Source: Escherichia phage MIZ4
Direction: 5' to 3' (one strand)
Length of the DNA stretch: 64,000 nucleotides
Sequence record: OR167180
In this document: one piece after another, positions 1 through 12,764 of the stretch
Numbering within the stretch: the stretch's first letter is position 1
Layout of the letters: each line of letters starts with the position of its first letter
The notes under the pieces: model-generated
Seen by the model: the letters and a program-made list of their open reading frames with translations, nothing else
Database searches by the model: none
Told to the model about the DNA's origin: nothing
Program-made: the position numbers and the translations under genes

Positions 1-2820
<2,820 letters not shown>

Positions 2821-2851
2821 CGATAATGCATAAAAAGATGAGGAAATTCTA

Positions 2852-4849
2852 ATGACTCTATTATCACCGGGTTTCGAAACGAAAGAAACTACTCTCTCCA
2901 CTACCATTGTGCAATCTGCGACTGGTCGCGCGGCACTGGTGGGTAAATTCCAATGGGGTCCAGCTTTCCAGATTGTTCAAGTAACTAATGAAGTTGAATT
3001 AGTTAATAAATTTGGTCAGCCGGATAATAACACCGCAGACTATTTCATGAGCGGGGCTAACTTCCTCCAGTATGGCAATGACCTGCGTGTTGTTCGTGTA
3101 CTCAATAAAGAAAAAGCAAAAAACGCAACTGTCCTAGCTGGTAACGTAGAGTTTGAAATCACAAACGAAGGTTCTAACTACAAAGTAGGCGATTCAATTA
3201 AAGTAAAATACAATCGTCAGGATGTTGAAACCGCTGGCAAAGTAACCAAAGTAGATACCGAAGGTAAAATTAAAGGTATTTTCATCCCAACCGGGAAAAT
3301 CATTTCTCTGGCTAAATCCATTGGTGTTTACCCTAATCTGGATGGGTTTACCGTAGAAATCACTTCCGGCACTGGTAACTCAACTGCGGCAATTACCATT
3401 TCCAAAATTGTAACAGATTCCGGTCTTCTCTTAACGGATCTGGAAACTTCCCGTGCCAATATCACAAATCAAACTTTCTTGACTAAACTCAAGAAATATG
3501 ATATGCCAGCGGTAAGTGCAATCTATGCGGGTGAGATCGGGGACTCTCTGGAAGTCGAGATCCTAGCACGTAGTGCGTTTAAGAACACCGCACCGGATCT
3601 GACAATGTATCCTTACGGCGGTACTCGCACCGCAGCACGCAACCTGATTCCATATGCACCGCAGAATGATAATCAATATGCGTTTATTGTTCGTCGTGAT
3701 GGTGTTGTGGTAGAATCCTATGTACTGTCTACTCTGAAAGGGGATAAAGACGTATACGGCAATTCTATCTATATGGACGACTTCTTTGCTCGTGGTTCTA
3801 GCCAGTACATCTATGCAACCGCTCAGGGCTGGGTAGATGGTTTCAGTGGTATTATCTCTCTTGCTGGTGGTGTGTCTGCTAACGAAGCAACGATCGGTGG
3901 AGTTGGTGCTGATCCGTTCATCGGTGCGATGATGCAAGGTTGGGATCTGTTTGCTGAACGAGAATCTATTCACGTAAACCTGTTGATTGCTGGTGCATGT
4001 GCTGGCGAAGGCGATGCGTTCTCTACCGTACAGAAACATGCTGTTTCCATCGGTGATGAGCGTCAGGATTGCTTAGTAATGGTTTCTCCGCCGCGTAGCA
4101 CTGTTGTTAATATTCCGGTGACTACTGCAATTGATAACCTGATTGCATGGCGCGAAGGTTCAGGAAACTATAATGAAAACAACATGAACATTAATACCAC
4201 TTACGCGGTTATTGATGGTAACTACAAATATCAGTATGACAAATACAACGACGTAAACCGTTGGGTTCCGTTGGCTGCTGATATTGCTGGTTTGTGCGCT
4301 CGTACTGATGCTGTATCCCAGCCGTGGATGAGTCCGGCAGGTTATAACCGTGGTCAGATCATGAACGTGGTTAAACTGGCAATTGAGCCTCGTAAGGCGC
4401 ACCGCGATCGTCTGTATCAGGCCGCAATTAACCCGGTAATCGGTGCTGGCGGTGAAGGGTTTATCCTAATGGGTGATAAAACCGCTACGACTGTTCCTAG
4501 CCCGTTTGACCGCATTAACGTTCGTCGTCTGTTTAACATGCTGAAAAAGAATATCGGCGATTCAAGCAAATACAAACTGTTTGAAAACAACGATAACTTT
4601 ACTCGCGCTTCCTTCCGTATGGAGGTTTCGCAATATCTCAGCACGATTCGCTCTCTGGGTGGCATTTATGACTTCCGAGTACAATGCGACACCACGAATA
4701 ACACGCCGGATGTAATTGATCGTAACGAATTTGTTGCTAGTATGTTCATCAAACCAGCAAAATCGATCAACTATATCATGCTCAATTTCACTGCTGTTGC
4801 AACTGGTTCTGATTTTGACGAAATTATCGGTCCAGCTAACCAGGCATAA
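2852..4849 (+). CDS. 18: Tail sheath protein (gp18)
   Basis: 665 aa, position and length as T4 gp18 (659 aa); gene order 17-18-19. Confidence 0.93.
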   Translation: MTLLSPGFETKETTLSTTIVQSATGRAALVGKFQWGPAFQIVQVTNEVELVNKFGQPDNNTADYFMSGANFLQYGNDLRVVRVLNKEKAKNATVLAGNVEFEITNEGSNYKVGDSIKVKYNRQDVETAGKVTKVDTEGKIKGIFIPTGKIISLAKSIGVYPNLDGFTVEITSGTGNSTAAITISKIVTDSGLLLTDLETSRANITNQTFLTKLKKYDMPAVSAIYAGEIGDSLEVEILARSAFKNTAPDLTMYPYGGTRTAARNLIPYAPQNDNQYAFIVRRDGVVVESYVLSTLKGDKDVYGNSIYMDDFFARGSSQYIYATAQGWVDGFSGIISLAGGVSANEATIGGVGADPFIGAMMQGWDLFAERESIHVNLLIAGACAGEGDAFSTVQKHAVSIGDERQDCLVMVSPPRSTVVNIPVTTAIDNLIAWREGSGNYNENNMNINTTYAVIDGNYKYQYDKYNDVNRWVPLAADIAGLCARTDAVSQPWMSPAGYNRGQIMNVVKLAIEPRKAHRDRLYQAAINPVIGAGGEGFILMGDKTATTVPSPFDRINVRRLFNMLKKNIGDSSKYKLFENNDNFTRASFRMEVSQYLSTIRSLGGIYDFRVQCDTTNNTPDVIDRNEFVASMFIKPAKSINYIMLNFTAVATGSDFDEIIGPANQA

Positions 4850-4882
4850 TCAGTAAATTAGCATAGATTAAAAGTTAAATCA

Positions 4883-4903
4883 AGCGGGGAGAAAATCCCC
4901 GCT
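4883..4903. repeat. GC-rich palindromic hairpin AGCGGGGA-GAAAA-TCCCCGCT between genes 18 and 19
   Basis: Perfect 7-8 bp inverted repeat seen directly; no strong T-run after it. Confidence 0.5.
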
Positions 4904-4922
4904 CTATTAAGGAATATCAATT

Positions 4923-5417
4923 ATGGCACTCGATTTGAATGATATTACACGCGGTTTCGAGTCTGGCGATTTTGCTCGTCCTAACCTGTTTGAAGTTGAG
5001 ATCCCGTATCTGGGGCAAAACTTTAAGCTGATGTGTAAGGCTGCGACTGTCCCGGCTGCTACCGTAGAAAAAATTGCTGTAGGCTATCAAAACCGTAAAA
5101 TTAACATCGCTGGCGACCGTGTATACGACGACTGGACCATCACTGTATTCAACGATGACGCACACAAGATCCGTGATGCTATCGTTGCATGGAGCGATCA
5201 GACACACGGCACTGGTTCGGCGATCACTGGTGCAACTCCTGCACAATATAAGAAACAAGCTATTGTTCGTCAACTTAACCGTAACACCGAATCAACTAGC
5301 GAAAAAACATTGTACGGTATTTTCCCAACCAACGTTGGTGAAGTAACCCTCGATTGGGAACAAAACAACGAAGTTGAAACGTTTGAAGTTACTTTTGCTA
5401 TCGATTGGGTAGAATAA
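4923..5417 (+). CDS. 19: Tail tube protein (gp19)
   Basis: 164 aa; matches T4 gp19 (FESGDFARPNLF, NRKINIAGDR, ETFEVT). Confidence 0.93.
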   Translation: MALDLNDITRGFESGDFARPNLFEVEIPYLGQNFKLMCKAATVPAATVEKIAVGYQNRKINIAGDRVYDDWTITVFNDDAHKIRDAIVAWSDQTHGTGSAITGATPAQYKKQAIVRQLNRNTESTSEKTLYGIFPTNVGEVTLDWEQNNEVETFEVTFAIDWVE

Positions 5418-5429
5418 ATATATTATCAT

Positions 5430-5448
5430 GCGGGGAGAAGTTCCCCGC
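5430..5448. repeat. GC-rich palindromic hairpin GCGGGGA-GAAGT-TCCCCGC between genes 19 and 20
   Basis: Near-identical copy of the hairpin at 4883; seen directly. Confidence 0.5.
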
Positions 5449-5475
5449 CTAATTTCTCCCAATTCGAGGTGAATA

Positions 5476-7041
5476 ATGTTTAGTAGATTAAAAATGCTTG
5501 CGCGTTGGGCTGATTTTGACAACGACAAATACGAAGAACAAATTAAAGATAAAGCAGAGTCTATCGCCGCACCTAAAAACAATGATGGTGCTACGGAAGT
5601 AGAAATTAATGATAATTCACCTGCTAGCTCGTGGAACTCTCTTACCCAGCAATTTTACAGCACCGACCAGAAAATCAGCACAACTAAGCAATTAGTTAAC
5701 ACATATCGCGGTTTGATGAATAACCATGAAGTCGAAAACGCTGTACAAAATATCGTTAACGATGCGATTGTATTTGAAGAAGGTCATGAAGTTGTTTCAT
5801 TAAATCTTGAGGCGACTGGCTTTAGTGAATCTGTAAAAGAGCGCATTCATGAAGAATTTAAAGATCTTTTAAACACTATCCAGTTTGATAGTCGCGGTCA
5901 GGATATGTTCCGTCGCTGGTATGTCGATTCTCGTATTTTCTTCCATAAAATCATCGGCAAAAATCCAAAAGATGGTATCATAGAATTACGCCAGCTCGAC
6001 CCACGTAATCTTGAATACGTTCGAGAGATCATTACAGAAGACACACCGGAAGGTAAAATTTATAAAGCAACGAAAGAATATTTCATTTACACTGTAGGCA
6101 ATAGCTCTTATTGCGCAGGTGGTCAAGTATTCTCTCCTAATAGTCGCGTTAAAATCCCGCGTAGTGCTATTACATACGCTCACAGCGGCTTGATGGATTG
6201 TGATGATAAATATATCATTGGTTATTTGCATCGGGCTGTTAAGCCAGCAAACCAGCTTAAATTGTTGGAAGACGCAATGGTCGTTTATCGTATCACGCGT
6301 GCACCGGAACGCCGAGTGTTCTTTATTGATACCGGAAACATGAACAACCGCAAGGCTGCACAGCACATGAACTCAGTGGCACAGTCTTTTAAAAACCGCG
6401 TTGTTTATGATGCATCGACTGGTAAACTTAAAAACCAGCAAGCAAACCTATCAATGACAGAGGACTACTGGTTACAGCGTCGAGATGGTAAAGCAATCAC
6501 CGACGTTACTACTTTACCGGGTGCATCCGGTATGAGTGATATCGATGATATTCGCTACTTTAACCGTAAATTGTATGAAGCGTTACGAGTTCCACTGTCG
6601 CGTAGTAATCTATCCGATGCAAATATGGTGATCGGTGGTGATGGTTCAGAAATTACTCGCGATGAGTTGGAATTTTCGAAATTCATTAGAACTCTGCAAT
6701 CACAGTTTTCGGAAGTATTGCGCGATCCTCTGAAATATAATCTGATTCTCAAAAATGTAATTACGGAAGATGATTGGGATCGTGAAATAAATAATATCAA
6801 GGTGGTTTTCCATCGGGACTCTTACTATACAGAAGTTAAAGACGCGGAAATTTTAGAACGTCGAATCGGTCTAATCGAACGTATTACACCTTACATTGGT
6901 AAGTATTTCTCTAACCAAACAGTGATGCGTGACATTCTGAAATATACCGATGACCAGATGGACACCGAGAAGAAACAGATCGAAGAAGAAGCGAACGATC
7001 CGCGCTTTAAACAAACTCCCGATGAAATAGAGGATTTTTAA
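5476..7041 (+). CDS. 20: Portal vertex protein (gp20)
   Basis: 521 aa, size and position as T4 gp20 (524 aa). Confidence 0.92.
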   Translation: MFSRLKMLARWADFDNDKYEEQIKDKAESIAAPKNNDGATEVEINDNSPASSWNSLTQQFYSTDQKISTTKQLVNTYRGLMNNHEVENAVQNIVNDAIVFEEGHEVVSLNLEATGFSESVKERIHEEFKDLLNTIQFDSRGQDMFRRWYVDSRIFFHKIIGKNPKDGIIELRQLDPRNLEYVREIITEDTPEGKIYKATKEYFIYTVGNSSYCAGGQVFSPNSRVKIPRSAITYAHSGLMDCDDKYIIGYLHRAVKPANQLKLLEDAMVVYRITRAPERRVFFIDTGNMNNRKAAQHMNSVAQSFKNRVVYDASTGKLKNQQANLSMTEDYWLQRRDGKAITDVTTLPGASGMSDIDDIRYFNRKLYEALRVPLSRSNLSDANMVIGGDGSEITRDELEFSKFIRTLQSQFSEVLRDPLKYNLILKNVITEDDWDREINNIKVVFHRDSYYTEVKDAEILERRIGLIERITPYIGKYFSNQTVMRDILKYTDDQMDTEKKQIEEEANDPRFKQTPDEIEDF

Positions 7042-7287
7042 ATGAAACAATTTATCGAAGCAATTAAAACTCGCGATCTAACGCTGATCGAAAAAGAATT
7101 TGATAAGATCATGGAGGCTAAAAAAGCCCAGATCGTCGAATCCCAGCGTGTCGAAATCGCATCCAGTATCATGATCGAAGGTGAAGAAGAAAAAGACCGC
7201 GATGATGAAGATATGGAAGATGAGGACGACGAAGACGAAGACGAAGATCGCAAAGACGATAAAAAAGACAAAGAAGACGACGAATAA
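7042..7287 (+). CDS. 67: Prohead core protein (gp67-like), highly acidic C-terminus
   Basis: 81 aa, poly D/E tail, located between 20 and 68 as in T4. Confidence 0.8.
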   Translation: MKQFIEAIKTRDLTLIEKEFDKIMEAKKAQIVESQRVEIASSIMIEGEEEKDRDDEDMEDEDDEDEDEDRKDDKKDKEDDE

Positions 7288-7299
7288 TAGGAAGCCAAC

Positions 7300-7707
7300 A
7301 TGATTAAAGATTTTACTCCTAAAGCTGACTTAGAAACTTTTCTGCCGGAAGCACAGGAAAAATTGGACATGTTGGCTATGTTTGAGTCAGAAGAACTATT
7401 GAAAATCGTTGAAGGTATCTCCGAGGATGAGCCGGAACTGGCGGTAGCAATGCTGTCTATCATCGACGGAATTACTGTAAATGAAGCAATGGTTAAACAT
7501 GTAAACGCACGCGGGGAAGTTGCACGTAAGAAAGATCGCAAAACCCGTGAGCGTAATGCTTACATGACTACTGGCCTAAGCAAAGCTAAACGCCGTCAAA
7601 TTGCCCGTCGTGCTGCAAAAACCAAACGTGCAAATCCATCTATCGAACGTCATGCGGAACGTAAGCGCAAAAAAGCAATGCGTAAACGTAAGGCGTTAGG
7701 ATTATAA
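7300..7707 (+). CDS. 68: Prohead core protein (gp68-like), basic C-terminus
   Basis: 135 aa, position between 67 and 21. Confidence 0.75.
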   Translation: MIKDFTPKADLETFLPEAQEKLDMLAMFESEELLKIVEGISEDEPELAVAMLSIIDGITVNEAMVKHVNARGEVARKKDRKTRERNAYMTTGLSKAKRRQIARRAAKTKRANPSIERHAERKRKKAMRKRKALGL

Positions 7708-7718
7708 CAGGAAACAAC

Positions 7719-8414
7719 ATGGAAAAGAACGAATTACTGATCGAACAATGGGGCGTTCCTTGTGCTCGCGGTAGTTCGTCATTGCTTGAATCATTTGATG
7801 ATAAGGCTACAGGAAATCTCTATATTCAAGGGATTTTCCTGCAAGCCGAAACAGTAAACCGTAATAAACGCTGGTATCCTCGCAGTGTTCTAGAAAATGC
7901 GGTTACTAAATACATACATGAACAAGTTGAGACACATCAAGCTCTAGGCGAACTTAATCACCCAGCAAGAGCAATGCCAGATCCATCTAATGCTTGCATC
8001 ATAATTGAAAAATTATGGTGGGAAGGTAATAACGTGATGGGTAAAGCCCGTGTTATTGAAGGGGATAAAGGCGCAGGTGATAAACTTGCTGCACTGATTC
8101 GCGCTGGCTGGATTCCTGGCGTTTCATCCCGTGGATTGGGTCGTTTGAAAGACTCCGGTCGCGGATACAATATTGTACAGGAAGGTTTTGTGTTGACGGT
8201 TGGTGTTGATGTTGTATGGGGTCCGAGCGCACCGGATGCGTGGGTAACTCCTGTGGTTGAGTCAACGGATAGCGATTCTATCGCGTCAGACGCACCAGAA
8301 AGCGATAAAACCGAAAAAGTGACTAACCCTACAGCCTCACAACAAAACATCGTAGAATTGAATAATAGCGCGTTTATGGCGCTCGCAGAAGCGTTATCTA
8401 AACGCTATAAATAA
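7719..8414 (+). CDS. 21: Prohead core protease (gp21)
   Basis: Matches T4 gp21 (VNRNKRWYP, ALGELNHP, GWIPGVSSRGLG, VWGPSAPDAWVTP). Confidence 0.92.
   Translation: MEKNELLIEQWGVPCARGSSSLLESFDDKATGNLYIQGIFLQAETVNRNKRWYPRSVLENAVTKYIHEQVETHQALGELNHPARAMPDPSNACIIIEKLWWEGNNVMGKARVIEGDKGAGDKLAALIRAGWIPGVSSRGLGRLKDSGRGYNIVQEGFVLTVGVDVVWGPSAPDAWVTPVVESTDSDSIASDAPESDKTEKVTNPTASQQNIVELNNSAFMALAEALSKRYK
8406..8413 (+). promoter_or_regulatory. Late promoter motif TATAAATA upstream of gene 22
   Basis: Exact TATAAATA overlapping the end of gene 21, about 33 nt before the gene 22 ATG. Confidence 0.45.
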
Positions 8415-8445
8415 TAACGTCGTTATCAACAAGAAGGTTATAACC

Positions 8446-9240
8446 ATGCTTAAAGAAATGCTGCTCGAAGAAGCAAAACAGATCACCGTAGACCTTGCTC
8501 TCGATGACCTGTTTGAATCCGTCGAACTGTCGCCGGAAGTAAAAGAAAATTTTGGTACTATCTACGCTCAGGCGGTAAAAGCTAATGCTGTTGCTCTGGC
8601 AGAAAGCCACATTGAAAAAATCGCCGCTAAAGCCGATGAACTGGTAGAATCAAAGGTCGAAGAAGCACGCACCGAGATTGAAACCAAACTGTACGAAGAT
8701 GCAGATAAATTCCTGAATCACTTAGGAGCTAAATGGCTGGCAGAAAATAAAGAAGCCGTTACCCGTAATATTAAAGCGGATCTGTGCGAATCCCTGATTG
8801 GTTCTCTGAAAGATGTTTTCGTTACTCACAATGTTGTAGTACCGGAAGAATCTGTAGACGTTGTTGCTGAACTTGACGAAGCACTCAAAGAAGAAAAAGA
8901 AAAAACCTCTGAACTCTTTGATGCCAAACTGCAACTTGAAAGCGAAATTCGTGGCATGAAGCGCGAACAAGCGATCAATGAAAGCACTCGTGATCTTTCC
9001 GATACTCAGAAAGAAAAAGTAACCGCGCTGATTGAAGGTCTGGAATATAGCGAAACTTTCGATAAGAAATTAACTGCAATTGTCGAAATGGTTGCTAAGA
9101 AAGAAGACAAACAAGCGAAGATTGAAGAATCACTAAATACTGATGCCGACAAGCTGAATGTTATTGCAGAAAATGTCGAAAAATCAGATAAAAAGGCAAC
9201 TGTAGATTCCGGCGTATCCCGCTACCTGAATTTCATCTAA
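8446..9240 (+). CDS. 22: Prohead core scaffold protein (gp22)
   Basis: 264 aa, acidic and helical, position between 21 and 23 (T4 gp22 269 aa). Confidence 0.85.
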   Translation: MLKEMLLEEAKQITVDLALDDLFESVELSPEVKENFGTIYAQAVKANAVALAESHIEKIAAKADELVESKVEEARTEIETKLYEDADKFLNHLGAKWLAENKEAVTRNIKADLCESLIGSLKDVFVTHNVVVPEESVDVVAELDEALKEEKEKTSELFDAKLQLESEIRGMKREQAINESTRDLSDTQKEKVTALIEGLEYSETFDKKLTAIVEMVAKKEDKQAKIEESLNTDADKLNVIAENVEKSDKKATVDSGVSRYLNFI

Positions 9241-9258
9241 TGTAATTCAAATCTACTT

Positions 9259-9266
9259 TATAAATA
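9259..9266 (+). promoter_or_regulatory. Late promoter motif TATAAATA upstream of gene 23
   Basis: Exact TATAAATA about 34 nt upstream of the ATG. Confidence 0.55.
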
Positions 9267-9299
9267 CTTTAGGTTAACAACAAACAAGGTTTAAAGAAC

Positions 9300-10886
9300 A
9301 TGAAAACTACCAAAGAACTGATGGAAAAATGGTCCCCGCTGCTGGAGAACGAAAAACTGCCGGAAATCGCAACTGCGTCTAAGCAGAAACTGGTTGCTAA
9401 AATTCTGGAATCTCAGGAAGCGGATTTTGCTGTAGACCCGATCTATAAGGATGAAAAAGTTGTTGAAGCATTCGGTGGCTTTATCGCAGAAGCCGAAGTT
9501 GCTGGCGACCACGGTTATGATGCATCTCACATCGCGGCTGGTCAGACTACTGGCGCAATCACTAACGTAGGTCCGGCTGTTATCGGTATGGTTCGCCGTG
9601 CTATCCCTAACCTGATCGCATTTGATATTTGTGGCGTTCAGCCGATGAGCACCCCGACTAGCCAGATCTTTGCAATCCGTTCTGTATATGGTGCTGATCC
9701 GCTGAAATCCGGTGCTCGCGAAGCATTCCATCCGATGTATGCACCTGATGCGTTCCATAGCTCTCTTGCTGCTAAAGGTGCAACGACTGTTTCTCCTACT
9801 GGTACTGCATTCGCTAAACTAACTCTCAGTACTCCGATTGAAGCAGGTGACATTGTACACCACACCTTCGCAGAAACTGGTATTGCTTATCTGCAAAACG
9901 TTACCGCAGGACAAGTAACCCCGGCCAAAGCTGGCAGCGAGTCAGATGATGAAGTTGTCATGAAGCTGATGGAAGAAGGTAAACTGGCTGAAATCGCTTT
10001 CGGTATGGCTACTTCCATTGCCGAAATTCAGGAAGGCTTTAACGGTTCTCAGAATAACCCGTGGGCTGAAATGTCAATGCGTATTGACAAACAGGTTGTT
10101 GAAGCGAAATCTCGCCAACTGAAAGCTCGTTACTCTATCGAAGTTGCGCAGGATCTGCGTGCTGTTCACGGTATGGACGCTGACGCTGAACTGAATGCTA
10201 TTCTGGCTAACGAAGTTCTGCTGGAAATCAACCGTGAAATCGTTGATGTGATCAACTTTACCGCTCAGGTTGGTAAGACTGGTATGACTCAGACCGTTGG
10301 TTCTAAAGCTGGTGTATTTGACCTGCAAGACCCGATTGATACTCGCGGTGCTCGTTGGGCTGGTGAATCCTTCAAGTCTCTGATCTACCAGATCGACAAA
10401 GAAGCTGCGGAAATCGCTCGTCAGACTGGTCGCGGTGCTGGTAACTTTGTTATCGCTTCCCGTAACGTTGTAAACATTCTGGCTTCTGCTGATCAGGGTA
10501 TCAGTCTTGCTATGCAGGGTGCTGCAAAAGGTCTGAATACCGACACCACTAAAGCTGTTTTCGCTGGTGTTCTGGCTGGTAAGTACAAAGTGTTCATCGA
10601 CCAGTATGCTCGTCAAGACTACTTCACCGTAGGTTATAAAGGCGACAACGAAATGGATGCTGGTATCTACTATGCTCCGTATGTTGCTCTGACTCCGCTG
10701 CGTGCAACTGACCCGCAGTCTTTCCACCCGGTTCTGGGCTTCAAGACTCGCTATGGCATCGGCATTAACCCGTTTGCAGACAGCAAATCCCAGGCACCGT
10801 CCGCTCGCATCACCTCCGGTATGTTGAGCAAAGACAGCGTAGGTAAAAACGCATACTTCCGTCGTGTATGGGTTAAAGGTTGCTAA
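9300..10886 (+). CDS. 23: Major capsid protein (gp23)
   Basis: 528 aa; long blocks identical to T4 gp23 (GPAVIGMVRRAIPNLIAFDICGVQPM, AKSRQLKA, DLRAVHGMDADAEL, DAGIYYAPYVALTPLR). Confidence 0.97.
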   Translation: MKTTKELMEKWSPLLENEKLPEIATASKQKLVAKILESQEADFAVDPIYKDEKVVEAFGGFIAEAEVAGDHGYDASHIAAGQTTGAITNVGPAVIGMVRRAIPNLIAFDICGVQPMSTPTSQIFAIRSVYGADPLKSGAREAFHPMYAPDAFHSSLAAKGATTVSPTGTAFAKLTLSTPIEAGDIVHHTFAETGIAYLQNVTAGQVTPAKAGSESDDEVVMKLMEEGKLAEIAFGMATSIAEIQEGFNGSQNNPWAEMSMRIDKQVVEAKSRQLKARYSIEVAQDLRAVHGMDADAELNAILANEVLLEINREIVDVINFTAQVGKTGMTQTVGSKAGVFDLQDPIDTRGARWAGESFKSLIYQIDKEAAEIARQTGRGAGNFVIASRNVVNILASADQGISLAMQGAAKGLNTDTTKAVFAGVLAGKYKVFIDQYARQDYFTVGYKGDNEMDAGIYYAPYVALTPLRATDPQSFHPVLGFKTRYGIGINPFADSKSQAPSARITSGMLSKDSVGKNAYFRRVWVKGC

Positions 10887-10970
10887 TATAAGCCATTCCT
10901 GAAAACTCCTGTCGGGTGCAATGCCCGACTTATCATAAACCTTATGACAGTGTAAAGTGTTAATTCCAAA

Positions 10971-10999
10971 GGGAAGACTCGAAAGAGTCTTCCCTTTTT
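10971..10999 (+). terminator. Rho-independent terminator after gene 23
   Basis: GGGAAGACTC-GAAA-GAGTCTTCCC stem-loop followed by TTTTT. Confidence 0.7.
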
Positions 11000-11116
11000 G
11001 CGTATTATAACCCGTCATAAATAAGGTTGCAAGCCTATATTCTATTGGGAGCTAAAATAGATATACACAACAAACAATTCCACCAATTTTCGTAGTAACT
11101 GCATGGCAAAGGACCA

Positions 11117-11275
11117 ATGAATGAAATGAGCGTTCATGTTGATATTAGGTCGGATAGATTTGGTAGATATACAGATCTGGTGTATGCCGACCTTGTTATG
11201 ACATTTCAGCGTGACGCTAGCGGTAATTTTGGTTTTGGTACGCTGTTCCCTGAATTAACCACAAATTCTCCATAA
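11117..11275 (+). CDS. Hypothetical small protein (52 aa)
   Basis: ATG-initiated ORF below the track size cutoff, translated by eye (MNEMSVHVDIRSDRF...); sits where T4 carries segC. Confidence 0.35.
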   Translation: MNEMSVHVDIRSDRFGRYTDLVYADLVMTFQRDASGNFGFGTLFPELTTNSP

Positions 11276-11286
11276 GGAGGAAATGC

Positions 11287-11439
11287 ATGAGTAAGAAAGA
11301 AAACAGCTATGTTATGACTCGTAAGGAATACAACGAATTGATGTTAGCATTAGCTTATGCAATTATTCGTTCTGATCATGCAATTAATCTGGTAAACAAA
11401 GTTAACCGTAGCGTTGATAATGTTTCTAGGAAGAAGTAA
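11287..11439 (+). CDS. Hypothetical small protein (50 aa)
   Basis: Strong RBS AAGGAGG a few nt upstream of the ATG; MSKKENSYVMTRKEYNELMLALAYAII...; terminator follows. Confidence 0.45.
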   Translation: MSKKENSYVMTRKEYNELMLALAYAIIRSDHAINLVNKVNRSVDNVSRKK

Positions 11440-11448
11440 GTTTATTTT

Positions 11449-11473
11449 GGAATCCTTCGGATTCCTTTTTCTT
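11449..11473 (+). terminator. Rho-independent terminator
   Basis: GGAATCC-TTCG-GGATTCC stem-loop followed by TTTTT. Confidence 0.6.
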
Positions 11474-11477
11474 TTTG

Positions 11478-11485
11478 TATAAATA
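11478..11485 (+). promoter_or_regulatory. Late promoter motif TATAAATA upstream of gene 24
   Basis: Exact TATAAATA about 38 nt upstream of ATG 11523. Confidence 0.55.
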
Positions 11486-11522
11486 TGATATATCCATTAA
11501 GGCAAATACAGGATTCATAAAC

Positions 11523-12764
11523 ATGACTCATATTTTTACTGAACTGTTGCGGGAATCTACTTCCTCAGTAGCTAACCAGACAGCGCGACCGCAACTATTA
11601 TCATTAACTCGCGCGGTAAACAACCTGATTTTCTCTGACCTGGTAGCAATCCAGCCAACGGATCAACCAGTATCTACATTGTACGGCCTACGTTATCTTA
11701 ATCGTGATGGTCAGATGACTTTCCGAACTGCTACAACCTACGGTGGCGCGGCTGGTGATCGCACAGAGATTGAAGAGTTTTCAAAAGAAAAATCTTATGA
11801 CGAAGGCGCACTATTCAAATCAGACGATGTTGTATACGAAGTTGTGACCGCTGGTATAGTCGGTGAAGATGCCGAAACTCCAGAAGCTGCAATCTTTAAA
11901 GGCGTAATGACAAACAAAATTCGTTTCTATAGCGATTGTGCATCGGTAGAATACTTTGAAGATAAAAACACCGAAATTTCGTCTACCTCTATGCAGTTTG
12001 ATAAATGGCAGGTTAATGTAGGTTCCCGTAAACTGAAAACCTCGTTCACCACTGAATTAATGCAGGATCTTGAGGCAAGCCAAATCAACTCTGAAAACTC
12101 TGTAATTGATCTTCTGGCTACTGTTGCTTCCGAAGAGATCAACAAAGATATTATTCAGAAGTTGATCACTGTATCATCTCGCTATAAAATTAAAGGGATC
12201 ACCCCTGATGGCGTACTTTCTCTCGTTAGAGTTCAGGATGCACCAACACAAGCGCGTGAACTTTACCGCTATGCTTGCGAGATGAGCAATCAAATGTTGC
12301 GGACTTCCTCCTTTTCTGGTACATACGTTTTGGCGTCTTCTCGCGTGGTTGGCCTCCTGCAATCTACCGGATGGATGGAAGAAACCGACAATGCTCTAAG
12401 CGAAGGTCGTCTACGTTGCGGTCTGGAAGTGTACGCAGACACGACAACACCTTTCGATTATATGCTCGTTGGTTGTAAGCACATGATCGGTGATATGGAG
12501 AGTGTAGGTTCTCTGTTCTACTCCCCATATACAGAAGCCGACGGCGCTGGCGCGTATAAGAGTGTAATTGACCCTAATAGCTTCCAGCATCATGTAGCTA
12601 TTATGAATCGTTATTCACTCTCTGTCAACCCATATACATCAAAAGTTGATCAGGAAGAACACCAGGTCATCAAGGGTGACGATTGGGGTAAAATGGCTGG
12701 ACGTTCAGAAATGTCCTACATTTTAGGAATCGAACTGCCACCGCTTGAGATTGACAACGCTTAA
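11523..12764 (+). CDS. 24: Head vertex protein (gp24)
   Basis: Paralog-like similarity to gp23 and colinear with T4 gp24; start set at first ATG with RBS (the track ORF begins at an upstream TTG inside the promoter). Confidence 0.9.
   Translation: MTHIFTELLRESTSSVANQTARPQLLSLTRAVNNLIFSDLVAIQPTDQPVSTLYGLRYLNRDGQMTFRTATTYGGAAGDRTEIEEFSKEKSYDEGALFKSDDVVYEVVTAGIVGEDAETPEAAIFKGVMTNKIRFYSDCASVEYFEDKNTEISSTSMQFDKWQVNVGSRKLKTSFTTELMQDLEASQINSENSVIDLLATVASEEINKDIIQKLITVSSRYKIKGITPDGVLSLVRVQDAPTQARELYRYACEMSNQMLRTSSFSGTYVLASSRVVGLLQSTGWMEETDNALSEGRLRCGLEVYADTTTPFDYMLVGCKHMIGDMESVGSLFYSPYTEADGAGAYKSVIDPNSFQHHVAIMNRYSLSVNPYTSKVDQEEHQVIKGDDWGKMAGRSEMSYILGIELPPLEIDNA

Noticed and set aside
3563-4039. 158-aa antisense ORF inside gene 18, and similar antisense ORFs such as 10074..11018 in gene 23, 7038..7541 across 67/68, 57892..58290 in gene 34, 29855..30460 in alt and 52668..53147 in gene 32
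   Set aside because: Each is embedded antisense in a gene with strong homology support, lacks an RBS, and has low-complexity composition typical of chance frames.
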